A stretch of 64,000 nucleotides of DNA, taken from NCBI GenBank assembly GCA_038231135.1, contig JBBRLX010000012.1:45944-109943 (forward strand), read 5' to 3'. The notes under the pieces were generated by a model that saw only the letters and a list, made by a program, of their open reading frames with translations, did not search any database and had not been told where the DNA came from. Source of the DNA: Candidatus Eiseniibacteriota bacterium. GTDB taxonomy: Bacteria > Eisenbacteria > RBG-16-71-46. Made by a program: the position numbers and the translations under genes. Shown here piece after piece: positions 45,889 to 55,653 of the stretch (position 1 is the stretch's first letter; every line of letters starts with the position of its first letter).

Positions 45889-47322
45889 CTAGCTGCCGCT
45901 CATGCCGCCGCCGGCCGTGGCGCCCTGCGTCGCGCCGGTTGCGGCACTCGCGGCCGCAAGCCGCCGCAGCGTGTCGCCCGCCTTGAGCCGCAGCCACGCG
46001 ACCTGCGTGACGTTGCCGAGCGTGCTCGCCGCGATGCCGACGTAGAGGCCGATCCAGCGCTGCGACACCACGCCGAGCAGCAGCACGGCGAACACCGTGG
46101 CGAGGTAGACAACCATCGATTCCGTGATCCCGCGGGTCCGGCGGCCGTGGACGATGGCGCCCTGGTAGAGACTCATCAGCGCGCTGAGGCCGGGCAGCGG
46201 CACCGCGAACCACAGTCCGATCGACGCCAGCACGACGAGCGTCGCCGGCAGCGCCGATACCGTGCCGAACCACACGTGTCCCAGCGGCGTCGCGGCCACG
46301 GCGAGCAACAGCGCCGAGGTCGTCGCCGCGAGGGCGAACGCGAACCTGGCGAGCGCGGGGCGGGCGCCAGGGCGTTCGAGCAGCGCCACCACCACCTCGT
46401 TGAACGCGAACCCCCCGCTGCGCACCGTGAACACGATGCCGTTGAGCACGGGCCACACCGCCAGCGATTCGATGGCGCGCGGCATGCGGCTCATCGCGCC
46501 CGAGGTGAGCGGCATCGCGAGGAACATGCACATCGGCGTGATCGCGAGCGGCACGTAGAACCTCAGGAATCGCGCGAAGGTGAGCGGCTCGTCCGCGACG
46601 CCCCGGGCCGGCAGCTCGTGGCGCACCACCGGGCGCACGGCGAGCCCGGCGAACACCGCCTCGGCCATCACGCCGCACGTTACGGCGAGCGTGCCGACGA
46701 CGATGCCGGGAATCGTGCGCACGGCGATGCCCGCGCCGAGCACCACCAGGTTGGCGGCGAGCCGGACGCCGGTGCCGATGCCCACCATCCGCGAGCGGCC
46801 GAAGCGGATCAGCACGCCCTGTTGAAATCTGCGATACGCGATCGACAGCGTCCACGGCAGCATGATGCGCAGCCCCAGCCGCGCCGGCTCCAGCACCTGG
46901 GGCGGTGGCGCGATCAGGCGACCGACGACCAGATCGTAGAGCGGAGTGAACGCGAGCAGCGCGTGGATCACGGTGGTGGCGCCGGCGGCGAGGAACATGA
47001 ACCGGCGCACGAGGCGGTACGATTCGCGATCTCGCGACAGCGCGGTGGACGTCATGAGCAGCATGATGATCGGCGATTCGAGCAGCAGCGCGAGCGGGAA
47101 CACCACGCCCCCGTAAGCTGCGAGGCTCACGGTCGGCTGCGCGAGGCGCGCCATGATGGCGCTGACCGCCGGTAGCTCGAGGCCCATCAGCAGCCAGCTC
47201 GCGGCGAGCGGCCACCACGTCGCGACCACGGTGCGCTGCGTGACGGGTGCGGACGAGCCGGCGTGAGTCGACTCGCGGGCGGGCTGCGGAGCGGGCGCCG
47301 GCGGGCTTTCTCTGCGGCTCAC
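45889..47322 (-). CDS. MOP-superfamily (MATE/ANKH-like) membrane transporter
   Basis: About 12 TM segments in two similar halves (WWPLAASW / FYVPLAIT; RRFQQGVLI / LYQGAIV); GTG overlaps the DUF423 stop. Confidence 0.7.
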   Translation of the reverse strand: MSRRESPPAPAPQPARESTHAGSSAPVTQRTVVATWWPLAASWLLMGLELPAVSAIMARLAQPTVSLAAYGGVVFPLALLLESPIIMLLMTSTALSRDRESYRLVRRFMFLAAGATTVIHALLAFTPLYDLVVGRLIAPPPQVLEPARLGLRIMLPWTLSIAYRRFQQGVLIRFGRSRMVGIGTGVRLAANLVVLGAGIAVRTIPGIVVGTLAVTCGVMAEAVFAGLAVRPVVRHELPARGVADEPLTFARFLRFYVPLAITPMCMFLAMPLTSGAMSRMPRAIESLAVWPVLNGIVFTVRSGGFAFNEVVVALLERPGARPALARFAFALAATTSALLLAVAATPLGHVWFGTVSALPATLVVLASIGLWFAVPLPGLSALMSLYQGAIVHGRRTRGITESMVVYLATVFAVLLLGVVSQRWIGLYVGIAASTLGNVTQVAWLRLKAGDTLRRLAAASAATGATQGATAGGGMSGS

Positions 47323-47693
47323 GGCGCCGTGCGCCGGGCGCCGATCGCGAACGCGATCCACCCCGCGAGCAACGCGAGCCCGCCGACCGGCGTGACGGCG
47401 CCCCACGCCGGCGTGCCCGTGATCGCGAGGATGTAGAGGCTGCCCGAGAACACCACGATGCCCACTACGAACGCGGTGCCGGCGAACGCGAGCGCCGCGC
47501 TAGGCTCCCGCTCCCCGCGGCGCGTGAGGCCGAGTCCGATCAGTGCCAGCGAGTGGTACATCTGGTAGCGCACGGCGGTCTCGAACGTCTGGGACAGCGC
47601 CGGATCGAGCCGGCCGCGCAGGAAGTGCGCGCCGAACGCGCCGAGCAGCACGCCGAGGAACGCGAACACGGCGCCGATGCGAATCGGGTTCAT
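47319..47693 (-). CDS. DUF423 family membrane protein
   Basis: LGAFGAH, FETAVRYQMYH, FSGSLY, GAVTPVGG. Confidence 0.93.
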   Translation of the reverse strand: MNPIRIGAVFAFLGVLLGAFGAHFLRGRLDPALSQTFETAVRYQMYHSLALIGLGLTRRGEREPSAALAFAGTAFVVGIVVFSGSLYILAITGTPAWGAVTPVGGLALLAGWIAFAIGARRTAP

Positions 47694-47727
47694 CGTGGGT
47701 GTCCATTAGAAAGCGAGCACGTCGTCA

Positions 47728-48018
47728 TCAGGTCCGCTCCACCTCATCGAGGATCCGTGCCTGCACGCCCTGGGCGCTGCCGAATCCGAGCCCGCCGCCG
47801 ACGCGGTCCCACATCTGCCTCAGCATCGGTAGAAATCGATCGGCCTGTTCGCGTGTCGCGAATTCCAGATTCACGATAACGAGGTCGGGATCGTCGGCCG
47901 CCCGATAGATCGCATGGCGCATCACGCCATGCTTCGCGCGCCCAAGCGGGTCGTTGTCGAACGCCTGCTTCCAAGCCTGGAAATCCTTGATTGGATGCTG
48001 AATGACGATCATTGCCAT
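47728..48018 (-). CDS. Small dimeric alpha+beta barrel (ABM-like) hypothetical protein
   Basis: AGGAGG RBS; HPIKDFQAWKQAFD, IYRAADDP. Confidence 0.7.
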   Translation of the reverse strand: MAMIVIQHPIKDFQAWKQAFDNDPLGRAKHGVMRHAIYRAADDPDLVIVNLEFATREQADRFLPMLRQMWDRVGGGLGFGSAQGVQARILDEVERT

Positions 48019-48223
48019 GTTAAGCCTCCTGAAGCGTTGCGTGCCGGGAGTCAAGACGACACGATTGCTCAGGCTACTGCACGGGACAGCCTGCTCCAAC
48101 CAGTTGTAAGAGAGCACCTGCTGCTTGCGTTCGAACGGCGAAGTGACCCAATGCATGCGAATAGTTCGTGGAGTGCCGACAACATCGGAGGATGCGATGC
48201 TAAGCTTCTACAGAAGATGACAC

Positions 48224-48742
48224 ATGGCTCGCCCCGGGTTGAATCTGACGGGGCCGCCCGCATGGACCGACATCCATCCCACGAACGACCCCGGCTCGAG
48301 CACGGAGAGCTTTGCTGAAGCGTACGACCCGCGCCGGGACCGCATGATCCTGTTCGGATTCGCCTCCTGCGGCACGCACGACAATTGCGACCCGTTCACC
48401 AATCTTACGTACATGCTGACGTGGGAAACGCCTGTGACTGCCATCGCGCCGGCGATCGAGACGCGCATCGGGAGTGCAATCACGTTTGCTGCCGAATCCC
48501 GCCCGCGGTCGTCATGTGATCGAGTTCCGAATCGCGCCGAGCGACGCGGGGCGCTCGATGGAAGTGTTCGCCGTCGGCGGCCGCAGGGTGTGGGGACGGA
48601 CGATCACCGCGGGGCCCGGAGTCCAGCGTCTGGTGTGGGACGGCCGTGGAACGGGCGGTCGCCGGGCGCTCCCGGAGTCTATTTCGCGCGGCTCGTCACG
48701 GCCCGCGGTACGGCAACCACGCGATTCGTGCGCATCGACTGA
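48224..48742 (+). pseudogene. 3' remnant of a secreted Kelch/beta-propeller protein with frameshifted FlgD-Ig domain
   Basis: AYDPRRDRMILFG in frame A; LPNPAR...VFAVGGRRV...WDGR in the +1 frame; PGVYFARL back in frame A. Confidence 0.6.
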
Positions 48743-48760
48743 TGCGCACGGCCCGGCCGG

Positions 48761-49663
48761 TCAGCTCACGTCGCGCCGCCCCTGCGGGTCGAGCGCGTCG
48801 CGCAGGCCGTCACCCAGGAAGTTGAAGCACAACAGCGTCGTCGACAGCGCGAGGCCGGGGAAGATCACCAGCCACGGGAACAAAGCGAGCAGTCGCGCGC
48901 CGTCCGACACCAGTGTGCCCCACGACGCTGCAGGCGGCTGGACGCCGAGCCCCAGGAACGACAGGAACGCCTCCTGCAGAATCACCGCGGGCACCGTGAG
49001 CGTGGTATAGACGATCACCGGGCCCAGCGTGTTCGGCACGATGTGCTGGAAGATGATGCGCCGGTCGCTGGCGCCCAGCGCGCGCGCGGCTTCGACGAAC
49101 GTCTGGTTCTTGAGCGACAGCACCTGCCCGCGGACGATGCGTGCCATGGTGAGCCACTGCACGAGCCCCAGCGCCACGAACAGCATGATCAGGCTGCGGC
49201 TGAAGAACACCAGCAGCAGGATCACGAGGAAGATGTACGGCAGCGAGTACAAAATATCGACAAACCGCATCATCGCCTCGTCGATGCGCCCGCCGCGGTA
49301 GCCGGCGATCGCACCGTACGCCACGCCGATCAGCAGGCTCACCAGTGTTCCCACCACGCCGACCAGCAGCGAGATGCGGCCGCCGTGGATCGTGCGTGAG
49401 AACATGTCGCGGCCGAGTTCGTCGGTGCCGAACCAGTGCGCGGCCGCCGGCGGCGTGGCGCTGAGCTTGAGGTCCTGCGCGGTCGGATCCTGAAGTCCCG
49501 GCAGCCACGGCGCGGTGATCGACAACGACGCCATGACCACGAGCAACACGGCGCCCACGAGTGATGCGCGGTTGCGCCGCAGCCGCCGCCAGGCGTCCGA
49601 CCACAACCCCGACGCGCGTTCGGGCAGCACGGCGACCGGCGCGGGGGCGAGCGCGGCACTCAC
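48761..49663 (-). CDS. oppC: Oligopeptide ABC transporter permease
   Basis: WSDAWRRLRRN, HWFGTDELGRD, EAARALGA, QEAFLSFLGLG, NFLGDGLRDALDP. Confidence 0.93.
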   Translation of the reverse strand: MSAALAPAPVAVLPERASGLWSDAWRRLRRNRASLVGAVLLVVMASLSITAPWLPGLQDPTAQDLKLSATPPAAAHWFGTDELGRDMFSRTIHGGRISLLVGVVGTLVSLLIGVAYGAIAGYRGGRIDEAMMRFVDILYSLPYIFLVILLLVFFSRSLIMLFVALGLVQWLTMARIVRGQVLSLKNQTFVEAARALGASDRRIIFQHIVPNTLGPVIVYTTLTVPAVILQEAFLSFLGLGVQPPAASWGTLVSDGARLLALFPWLVIFPGLALSTTLLCFNFLGDGLRDALDPQGRRDVS

Positions 49664-50577
49664 GCCAGCTCCACTCGCGGGTCGAGCCAGGTGTACGCCA
49701 GGTCGACGAGCAGGTTCAGCGTCATGAGAAAGGCCGCATAGAACAGCACGACCCCCATCACCAGCGTGTAGTCGCGGTTGAACGCGCCGTTCACCAGGTG
49801 GCGGCCGAGTCCGGGGATCGCGAAGATCGTCTCGACCACGATCGAGCCCATGATCACCCGCGCCGCCGCCGGCCCGAGATACGACACCACCGGCAGGATG
49901 CCCAGCTTGAGCGCGTGCTTGAAGATCACCACGCGGTCCGACAGCCCCTTGGCGAACGCGGTGCGAATGAAGTCCTGGCGCAGCACCTCGAGCATGCCGG
50001 CGCGCGTGAGCCGCGCGATGTAGGCGACGTAGGCGGTCGACAGCGTGAGCACCGGCAGCACGCGGCTGGCGGGGCTCTGCCACAGCGCCGGCGGCAGCAG
50101 GTACAGGCTGAGCGACAGTGACAGCACCAGCACCGGTCCCAGCACGAAGTTCGGGATCGACACGCCGGCGAGTGCCGCGGTCATGGCGGCGAAATCGAGG
50201 CCGGTGTTCTGTTTCAGCGCCGCGAACATGCCGATCGGCACGCCGATCACGATCGACAGCAGCAGCGCCCACGCGCCGAGTTCGAGCGAGACCGGGAACG
50301 CCTCGAAGATGATCTCGCGCACCGTGCGCGACGGATACTTGTAGGACGGTCCGAAATCGAGCTGCACGGCGTTGCGCAGGTAGTTCAGGTATTGGACCCC
50401 GAGCGGCTTGTCGAGACCGTACTGCTTGCGAAGCTGCTCGACCGCGGCCTTGGGAATGTCCTTCTCGGCCTGGAACGGCCCGCCCGGGGCCAGGCGAATC
50501 ATGAAGAACGTGAGCGTGGCAATCGCGAGCAGCGTGGGGATGAACAGCAGCAGGCGCCGCAGGATGAACGTGAACAT
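49660..50577 (-). CDS. oppB: Oligopeptide ABC transporter permease
   Basis: LAPGGPF, YGLDKPL..QY, DFGPSYKY, FIRTAFAKGL, VETIFAIPGLG, DPRV. Confidence 0.94.
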   Translation of the reverse strand: MFTFILRRLLLFIPTLLAIATLTFFMIRLAPGGPFQAEKDIPKAAVEQLRKQYGLDKPLGVQYLNYLRNAVQLDFGPSYKYPSRTVREIIFEAFPVSLELGAWALLLSIVIGVPIGMFAALKQNTGLDFAAMTAALAGVSIPNFVLGPVLVLSLSLSLYLLPPALWQSPASRVLPVLTLSTAYVAYIARLTRAGMLEVLRQDFIRTAFAKGLSDRVVIFKHALKLGILPVVSYLGPAAARVIMGSIVVETIFAIPGLGRHLVNGAFNRDYTLVMGVVLFYAAFLMTLNLLVDLAYTWLDPRVELA

Positions 50578-52277
50578 CAGCGGATACCGCTGCCCGCGTC
50601 GGCGACCGGCGCCGGATGCCGACGCCAGTCGTGATCAATCCACACGTACTTGAGGGGATGCGTGTCGAGTGCCGTGGGATAGAGCCCGTGCACGTAGGGT
50701 TTGACCAGCTCGGAGGAGGAGTACTGATAGATCGGAATCGTCGGCGACTGATCCAGCAGCAGCGCCTCGGCGTCATGCAGCATTGCCATCCGCTTCGGAA
50801 CGTCGACTTCGCGGGCGGCGGCGTGGATCAGTTCGTCGTAGCGCGGGCTGCTCCAGCCCGTGCGGTTGTTGCCGTCGCCCGTGATCATCATCGCCATGAA
50901 CGTGTTGGGATCGAGGTAGTCGCCGATCCACGACCGGCGCGCCACGTCGTACTGCAGGCTGGTGCAGGCCTGGAGATAGGAGCCCCATTCCTGGTTCGAC
51001 AGCTCCACCTGGATGCCCAGCTCGTGCTTCCACATCGACTGGATCGCCTCGGCGATGCGGCGATGATCCTCGCTGGTGTTGAACAGGATCGAGATCTTCC
51101 GGAATCCCCTGCCGCCCGGGTAACCGGCCTTCGCGAGACATTCACGCGCGTACTTGGGATCGAAGCCGACGGGGTCGGGCGCCGTGTAGCCGGGGTAACC
51201 CGACGGCACGTAGCGGCCCCACGGCTCGCGGCTCCGCTTGAGCAGGTCGCGCGCGATGGACTCGCGGTCAACCGACCACGCCAGCGCGCGACGCACCCAC
51301 ACGTTGTCGAGCGGCGGGCGCGTCACGTTGATGCTGTAGAAGTAGGTGCCCTGGTAGGCCCCGGCGCGGAAGTCGGCGAACTGCCGCATGTACGGGATGA
51401 ACTGCGACGGAATGTTGCCGCTGGTGTTCCAGTCGATCACACCTGCCTTGTAGAGGTTGGTGCACGTGTTCACATCCTCGACCGACAGCGCCACGATCCG
51501 GTCGAGCTTCACGTTCGCAGCATCCCAGTAGCGCGGATTGCGCCCGAACTCGAACCGATCGCTCTGGCGCCAGTGTTTCAGCAGGAATGGGCCGTTCGAC
51601 ACCACGTTCGCCGGCAGCGTCCAGCGCTGGCCGAACTTCTCGATGACGTGCCGCGGCACCGGCACGAACGTGTAGTACTGGGTGAGGAACAGGAAGTAGG
51701 CGGTGGGCGAGTGGAGACGCACGACGAACGTGCTGTCGTCCGGCGCCCCGAGCCCCAGCTGGGACACGTCGTGCAGCGAATCCTTGCTGAACGCCTCGGC
51801 GCCGTTGATGGGGTAGAACATCCCGGCATTCTTGGCCGCGGTCGCCGGCGTGACCACCCGGATCCACGACCACAGGAAGTCGCGCGCCGTGAGCGGCGTG
51901 CCATCACTCCACTGGAGGCCCGGCCGCAGGTGGAACGTGTAGGTGAGGCCGTCCGCGCTCATCTCCCAGCGGTACGCCTGTCCCGGTCTGGGCTCGAGAG
52001 TTCGGGGATCGGGCGTGGTCAGGCCCTCGAACATGATGCGCGCGACGCGGCCGTCGGGCTGGCCGGACATCTTCGCGGGATCCGTGGTCTCGGGCTCGGC
52101 GCCGTTCGTGAACGTGAGCACCTGCCCCGCGGGCGGCGAGGTGTCGCCGAAGTAATTCGTGGCGACGGTGGCCGCCGCGGCGCCGGCCGCCGGATGGGAC
52201 GCGGGGGCGCACGCGCCGGAGGTGAATCCCAGCGCGGCGAGTGCGGCAACGGAGACGATGCGGAGGCGCGAGTCCAT
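50577..52277 (-). CDS. oppA: Oligopeptide ABC transporter substrate-binding lipoprotein
   Basis: Lipobox SGA-C; NGAEPETTDP, FEGL, WSDGTPLTARDF, VSNGPF, WIGDYLDP. Confidence 0.93.
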   Translation of the reverse strand: MDSRLRIVSVAALAALGFTSGACAPASHPAAGAAAATVATNYFGDTSPPAGQVLTFTNGAEPETTDPAKMSGQPDGRVARIMFEGLTTPDPRTLEPRPGQAYRWEMSADGLTYTFHLRPGLQWSDGTPLTARDFLWSWIRVVTPATAAKNAGMFYPINGAEAFSKDSLHDVSQLGLGAPDDSTFVVRLHSPTAYFLFLTQYYTFVPVPRHVIEKFGQRWTLPANVVSNGPFLLKHWRQSDRFEFGRNPRYWDAANVKLDRIVALSVEDVNTCTNLYKAGVIDWNTSGNIPSQFIPYMRQFADFRAGAYQGTYFYSINVTRPPLDNVWVRRALAWSVDRESIARDLLKRSREPWGRYVPSGYPGYTAPDPVGFDPKYARECLAKAGYPGGRGFRKISILFNTSEDHRRIAEAIQSMWKHELGIQVELSNQEWGSYLQACTSLQYDVARRSWIGDYLDPNTFMAMMITGDGNNRTGWSSPRYDELIHAAAREVDVPKRMAMLHDAEALLLDQSPTIPIYQYSSSELVKPYVHGLYPTALDTHPLKYVWIDHDWRRHPAPVADAGSGIR

Positions 52278-52398
52278 TCGGGCGCAGTATAACAGCGCCA
52301 CCCGGCGCCGGAGGAAGTCGGCGGCGGGCAGACAGCCGCGATCCTGCGGGCGAACGTCCAATGCCGCGCCGGATCGCGCATCTGCTCGCTCGATCACG

Positions 52399-53169
52399 TC
52401 ATCGATAGAGCGCTTTGATGGCTCCCCAGGTATGTGGTCGGGCTGCGGTGGGTCGATCGTCGAAGCACGTCAAACCGCCGGGACCGGGTTGACCGAACGG
52501 ATCGGAGATCGCAATGAATCCACTCTGCCAGATCGCGTCGGCCCTCTGCAGCGGTTGTTCCAGAATCGGATCATTCCCCGCGGTCTGCTGGACCAATTGG
52601 ATGTTCTCGAGGATCCCGCAGACCGTCCGGTCACAGCCCGTGCAGGAGCCTGCACCGGTCGTCTTCGATCGAGCCAACCTTATCCGGAATCCGTAGTACT
52701 CGGTCGAGGGATCCAGGGCGATGGGTTCGGGAAGCGCAACGAAGATTCGCATGCCGAATGCATTCGGCGATGCCCCGGCCATGGTCACAAATCCTCCCTG
52801 GCCCGCACCACTGAATGGATCCGCGCAGGTGAACGGTCCGCCCGTGAAGTCGAAGTCGGTCGTCAGGGCGTTCGTGCCGCGACAACTCGTGCTGCCGTAC
52901 TGCCACCAATTCGGCAGGAGCGAGTCGGCAGCGATCCAGCTGACTCTCGCCTCGAGCCCGACGAACTGGTCGATGCCCGCGGGCGGGACGAATGACCCGA
53001 ACAACTCGTAGGGGGGACCGGTATTGGTGTTGCACGCGACGATGAGATCCTCGGGAGCCGTCGCACCACAATCGTTCCAGCCGAGATTGATCCCGGCGGC
53101 GAATGTGCTGGAGGCGAGTGTCGTGGCGACGGCGACGAGGATCAGCGGGGTAGCAAGGCGACCATGCAT
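52399..53169 (-). CDS. Secreted Cys-rich hypothetical protein with C-terminal TWGAIKALYR motif
   Basis: Signal peptide ending TFA; INLGWNDCG, LPNWWQY..SCR, CTGC; terminal HTWGAIKALYR*. Confidence 0.8.
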   Translation of the reverse strand: MHGRLATPLILVAVATTLASSTFAAGINLGWNDCGATAPEDLIVACNTNTGPPYELFGSFVPPAGIDQFVGLEARVSWIAADSLLPNWWQYGSTSCRGTNALTTDFDFTGGPFTCADPFSGAGQGGFVTMAGASPNAFGMRIFVALPEPIALDPSTEYYGFRIRLARSKTTGAGSCTGCDRTVCGILENIQLVQQTAGNDPILEQPLQRADAIWQSGFIAISDPFGQPGPGGLTCFDDRPTAARPHTWGAIKALYR

Positions 53170-53296
53170 GGGCCCTCCGCGGTGTGGCGCGCTTCGGTCG
53201 CAGGGGTTTGCGCCGATGGCGCTGACATTAAGGGTGTCACACCGAATGGAGCCCCGGCCAATGGATTGTGGACGCGTCTGGGCCCCGGCCGAGGCG

Positions 53297-53833
53297 CTAC
53301 TTTCGCACGTACTCCAGCGCCGCAAGTTCCTTCCAGTCGTCGCCGGTGTGCTCCGCCACAGCCCACCGGTAAACGTCTGGCTTGAGCCGGGTTACGTCGA
53401 CACGCAGGTCCGCCACCTTGCCCTCGAAATCCGGTCCGCGGAAGGTCATCCGCGTGCGGTCGCCGTCGACGGTCACGGGACCCTGGATGATCGCGTTCGC
53501 CGCGTCCATATACCACATCGCAAGCGACGCCTGGGCCGGGTCCCAGAAGAACTGCCCATCGTAGGTCTTCCTCTCGCCCGTCTCCGATATGAAATGCGTA
53601 TTGAAGCGAAGGAAACTGCCATTGTCCGACCACATGTAACGCGTTTCGATCCGTTGCATACCCGGTCCCAGTCTGCTGGCATCGGCGGTCCAAACACCAT
53701 CTGCGAGCCAGGCCAGCGCCGAGATCGGCTTTCGGGGAGCGGGGTGCGCGGTCGAGTCTGCGGGTGCCCCGGAGGCGCCCGACGCGAAGAGAACGATCGA
53801 TGCTGCGGCATACACGACAAGCCAGCGCTTCAT
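53297..53833 (-). CDS. Secreted hypothetical protein (calycin/beta-barrel-like)
   Basis: AGGAG RBS; signal peptide; LAWLADGVW motif followed by a beta-rich body. Confidence 0.7.
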   Translation of the reverse strand: MKRWLVVYAAASIVLFASGASGAPADSTAHPAPRKPISALAWLADGVWTADASRLGPGMQRIETRYMWSDNGSFLRFNTHFISETGERKTYDGQFFWDPAQASLAMWYMDAANAIIQGPVTVDGDRTRMTFRGPDFEGKVADLRVDVTRLKPDVYRWAVAEHTGDDWKELAALEYVRK

Positions 53834-53861
53834 GCGAACTCCTGAGTGTCCGCCGAGAGCC

Positions 53862-54101
53862 TCAGCGGGGTTGGGGAACCGCTCGCGCGCCGGCGAGCAG
53901 GCGAAAGTAATTGCGTAGCTGTGCGACCGACGCGTCAAAGGGCGCCAGGCTGCGATGGGCTCGTGCATGCATGACGCCGCCCTCCATCACCGTGAGCACG
54001 AACTGGGACAGGGCCCTGCGGTCGAGGTCCGGCGGCAGCCGCCCGGTCGCATCGCCGAGCCGGAAGTGACCCGGGCATGGGCGAGGATGTTGGCGACGGC
54101 G
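53862..54101 (-). pseudogene. C-terminal remnant of a TetR/AcrR family regulator
   Basis: My translation: RLPPDLDRRALSQFVLTVMEGGVMHARAHRSLAPFDASVAQLRNYFRLL. No HTH and no start codon upstream of this segment; it abuts the S10 peptidase stop. Confidence 0.55.
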
Positions 54102-55607
54102 CTATGCCGGAACCGCCCCGCCAATGAACCCCGCGAGATCCTGCTTGAGCCGCACCAGCGACGGCTCGTGGATGTACATCATGTGCCCGGCCTCGTAGTA
54201 CGCCTTCGATAGATTGGGCCTGAGCGTCTCGTCCAGCGACAGGTGGTCGAACGAGTACTCGGTCGCGAAGTACGGCGTCGCCAGATCGTAGTAGCCACTG
54301 GCGACGAACACCTTGAGAAACGGGTTGATCGTCATCGCCTTGCGGAGTTTTTCGATCACCTCGACGAATCGGTTCTCGTGCTCGTCGAACTTCCACGCCA
54401 TGTTGGTCTTGAGGCTCAGGATCTCGTACGGCAGGTCGCTCTCGTACCCCAGCTCGCCGCGGATGTAGTCGTTGAAGGCCGCGGTATAGGGGCCGATGAT
54501 GTTGGTGAAGCTCGGGTCGTTCTCCAGCCGCTCGCCGACATCATCGCGCTCGATGCCCTGGAAGCGGCTGTCGAGACGGCCCACGGTCCGGCTCCGGTCG
54601 CGCAGCAGCTCGCGCGTGAAGCGCATGATTTCGATGCGCAGGTTCGCACGCTTCACATAGTCCACAGTCAGGCCGGTGTAGCGCGCCACGCGTTCGGCGA
54701 TCTTCGCGCTGGCGTCGGCGGGGAGGCTCGCGCCTCGCAGCAGCGCGCTCGCGTAGTCGCCAATGGCGAACGCCTCGACCTCCTTCAGCGTCGCGCGCAG
54801 GTCCTTCTGCAGCTCGGGCGCGAGCCGGCGGTGATACCACGCGGTCGCGGTGTAGCTCGGCAGGTAGAGGATGTACGGCAGGTCGTTGGTGTTGCAGAAG
54901 TCGAGCGTCTGGAAATCGAGCACCGACGACACCAGCATGATGCCGTTGAGGTACATGCCGTGGCGCTCCTGCAGGTAGCTCGACAGGCCGGCCGCTCGCG
55001 TGGTGCCGTAGCTCTCGCCGATCAGAAACTTGGGCGACAGCCAGCGGCGGTAGCGCGTGGTGTAGAGCCGGATGAAATCGCCGACCGACTCGATGTCCTT
55101 CTTGAACGCGTGGAAGTCCTTCGCCTTCTGGCCGGTCACGGCGCGGCTGTAGCCGGTGCTGACGGGGTCGATGAACACGAGGTCGGTGCGATCGAGCAGT
55201 GACTGCGGGTTGTCGGCGAGCGTGTAGGGCGGCTGCGTCAGATTGCCGACCTCGTCCATCACCACGCGCCGCGGTCCGAGCACGCCGAGGTGCAGCCACA
55301 CCGACGACGATCCGGGGCCGCCGTTGAACGAGAACGTCAGCGGACGCCGAGCTGCGTCGGTCGAGTCGGTGCGCGTGTAGGCGACGAAGAACACCGTGGC
55401 GCGCGGCTGCTCGCCCTGCGCCTCTCCTTCCTGCTCGCCCGTCTTCTCCGTCTCCTCCTTGAGCACGATCGTGCCCGTGGTGACGGCGTAGTCGATCTTC
55501 GTGCCGTCGATGGTGACGGAATGATGCGACACCACGAGCTGGTCCGACGGGACGGGCGGCGCCGGCGACGGTGGCGGCGTGGCGGATTCCTCGGTCTTCT
55601 GGGTCAT
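54102..55607 (-). CDS. S10 family serine carboxypeptidase
   Basis: FNGGPGSSSVWLH, FIDPVSTGYS, GESYG, GYYDLATP, YEAGHMMY. Confidence 0.93.
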   Translation of the reverse strand: MTQKTEESATPPPSPAPPVPSDQLVVSHHSVTIDGTKIDYAVTTGTIVLKEETEKTGEQEGEAQGEQPRATVFFVAYTRTDSTDAARRPLTFSFNGGPGSSSVWLHLGVLGPRRVVMDEVGNLTQPPYTLADNPQSLLDRTDLVFIDPVSTGYSRAVTGQKAKDFHAFKKDIESVGDFIRLYTTRYRRWLSPKFLIGESYGTTRAAGLSSYLQERHGMYLNGIMLVSSVLDFQTLDFCNTNDLPYILYLPSYTATAWYHRRLAPELQKDLRATLKEVEAFAIGDYASALLRGASLPADASAKIAERVARYTGLTVDYVKRANLRIEIMRFTRELLRDRSRTVGRLDSRFQGIERDDVGERLENDPSFTNIIGPYTAAFNDYIRGELGYESDLPYEILSLKTNMAWKFDEHENRFVEVIEKLRKAMTINPFLKVFVASGYYDLATPYFATEYSFDHLSLDETLRPNLSKAYYEAGHMMYIHEPSLVRLKQDLAGFIGGAVPA

Positions 55608-55653
55608 GACGCTCCGTTTGCGGGCCGCGGCCAGCGGAGGGAATCTGCAACCA

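Noticed and set aside
49664..50776. Extended 671-aa oppC ORF
   Set aside because: The extension overlaps oppB in another frame; OppC motifs start after GTG 49663.
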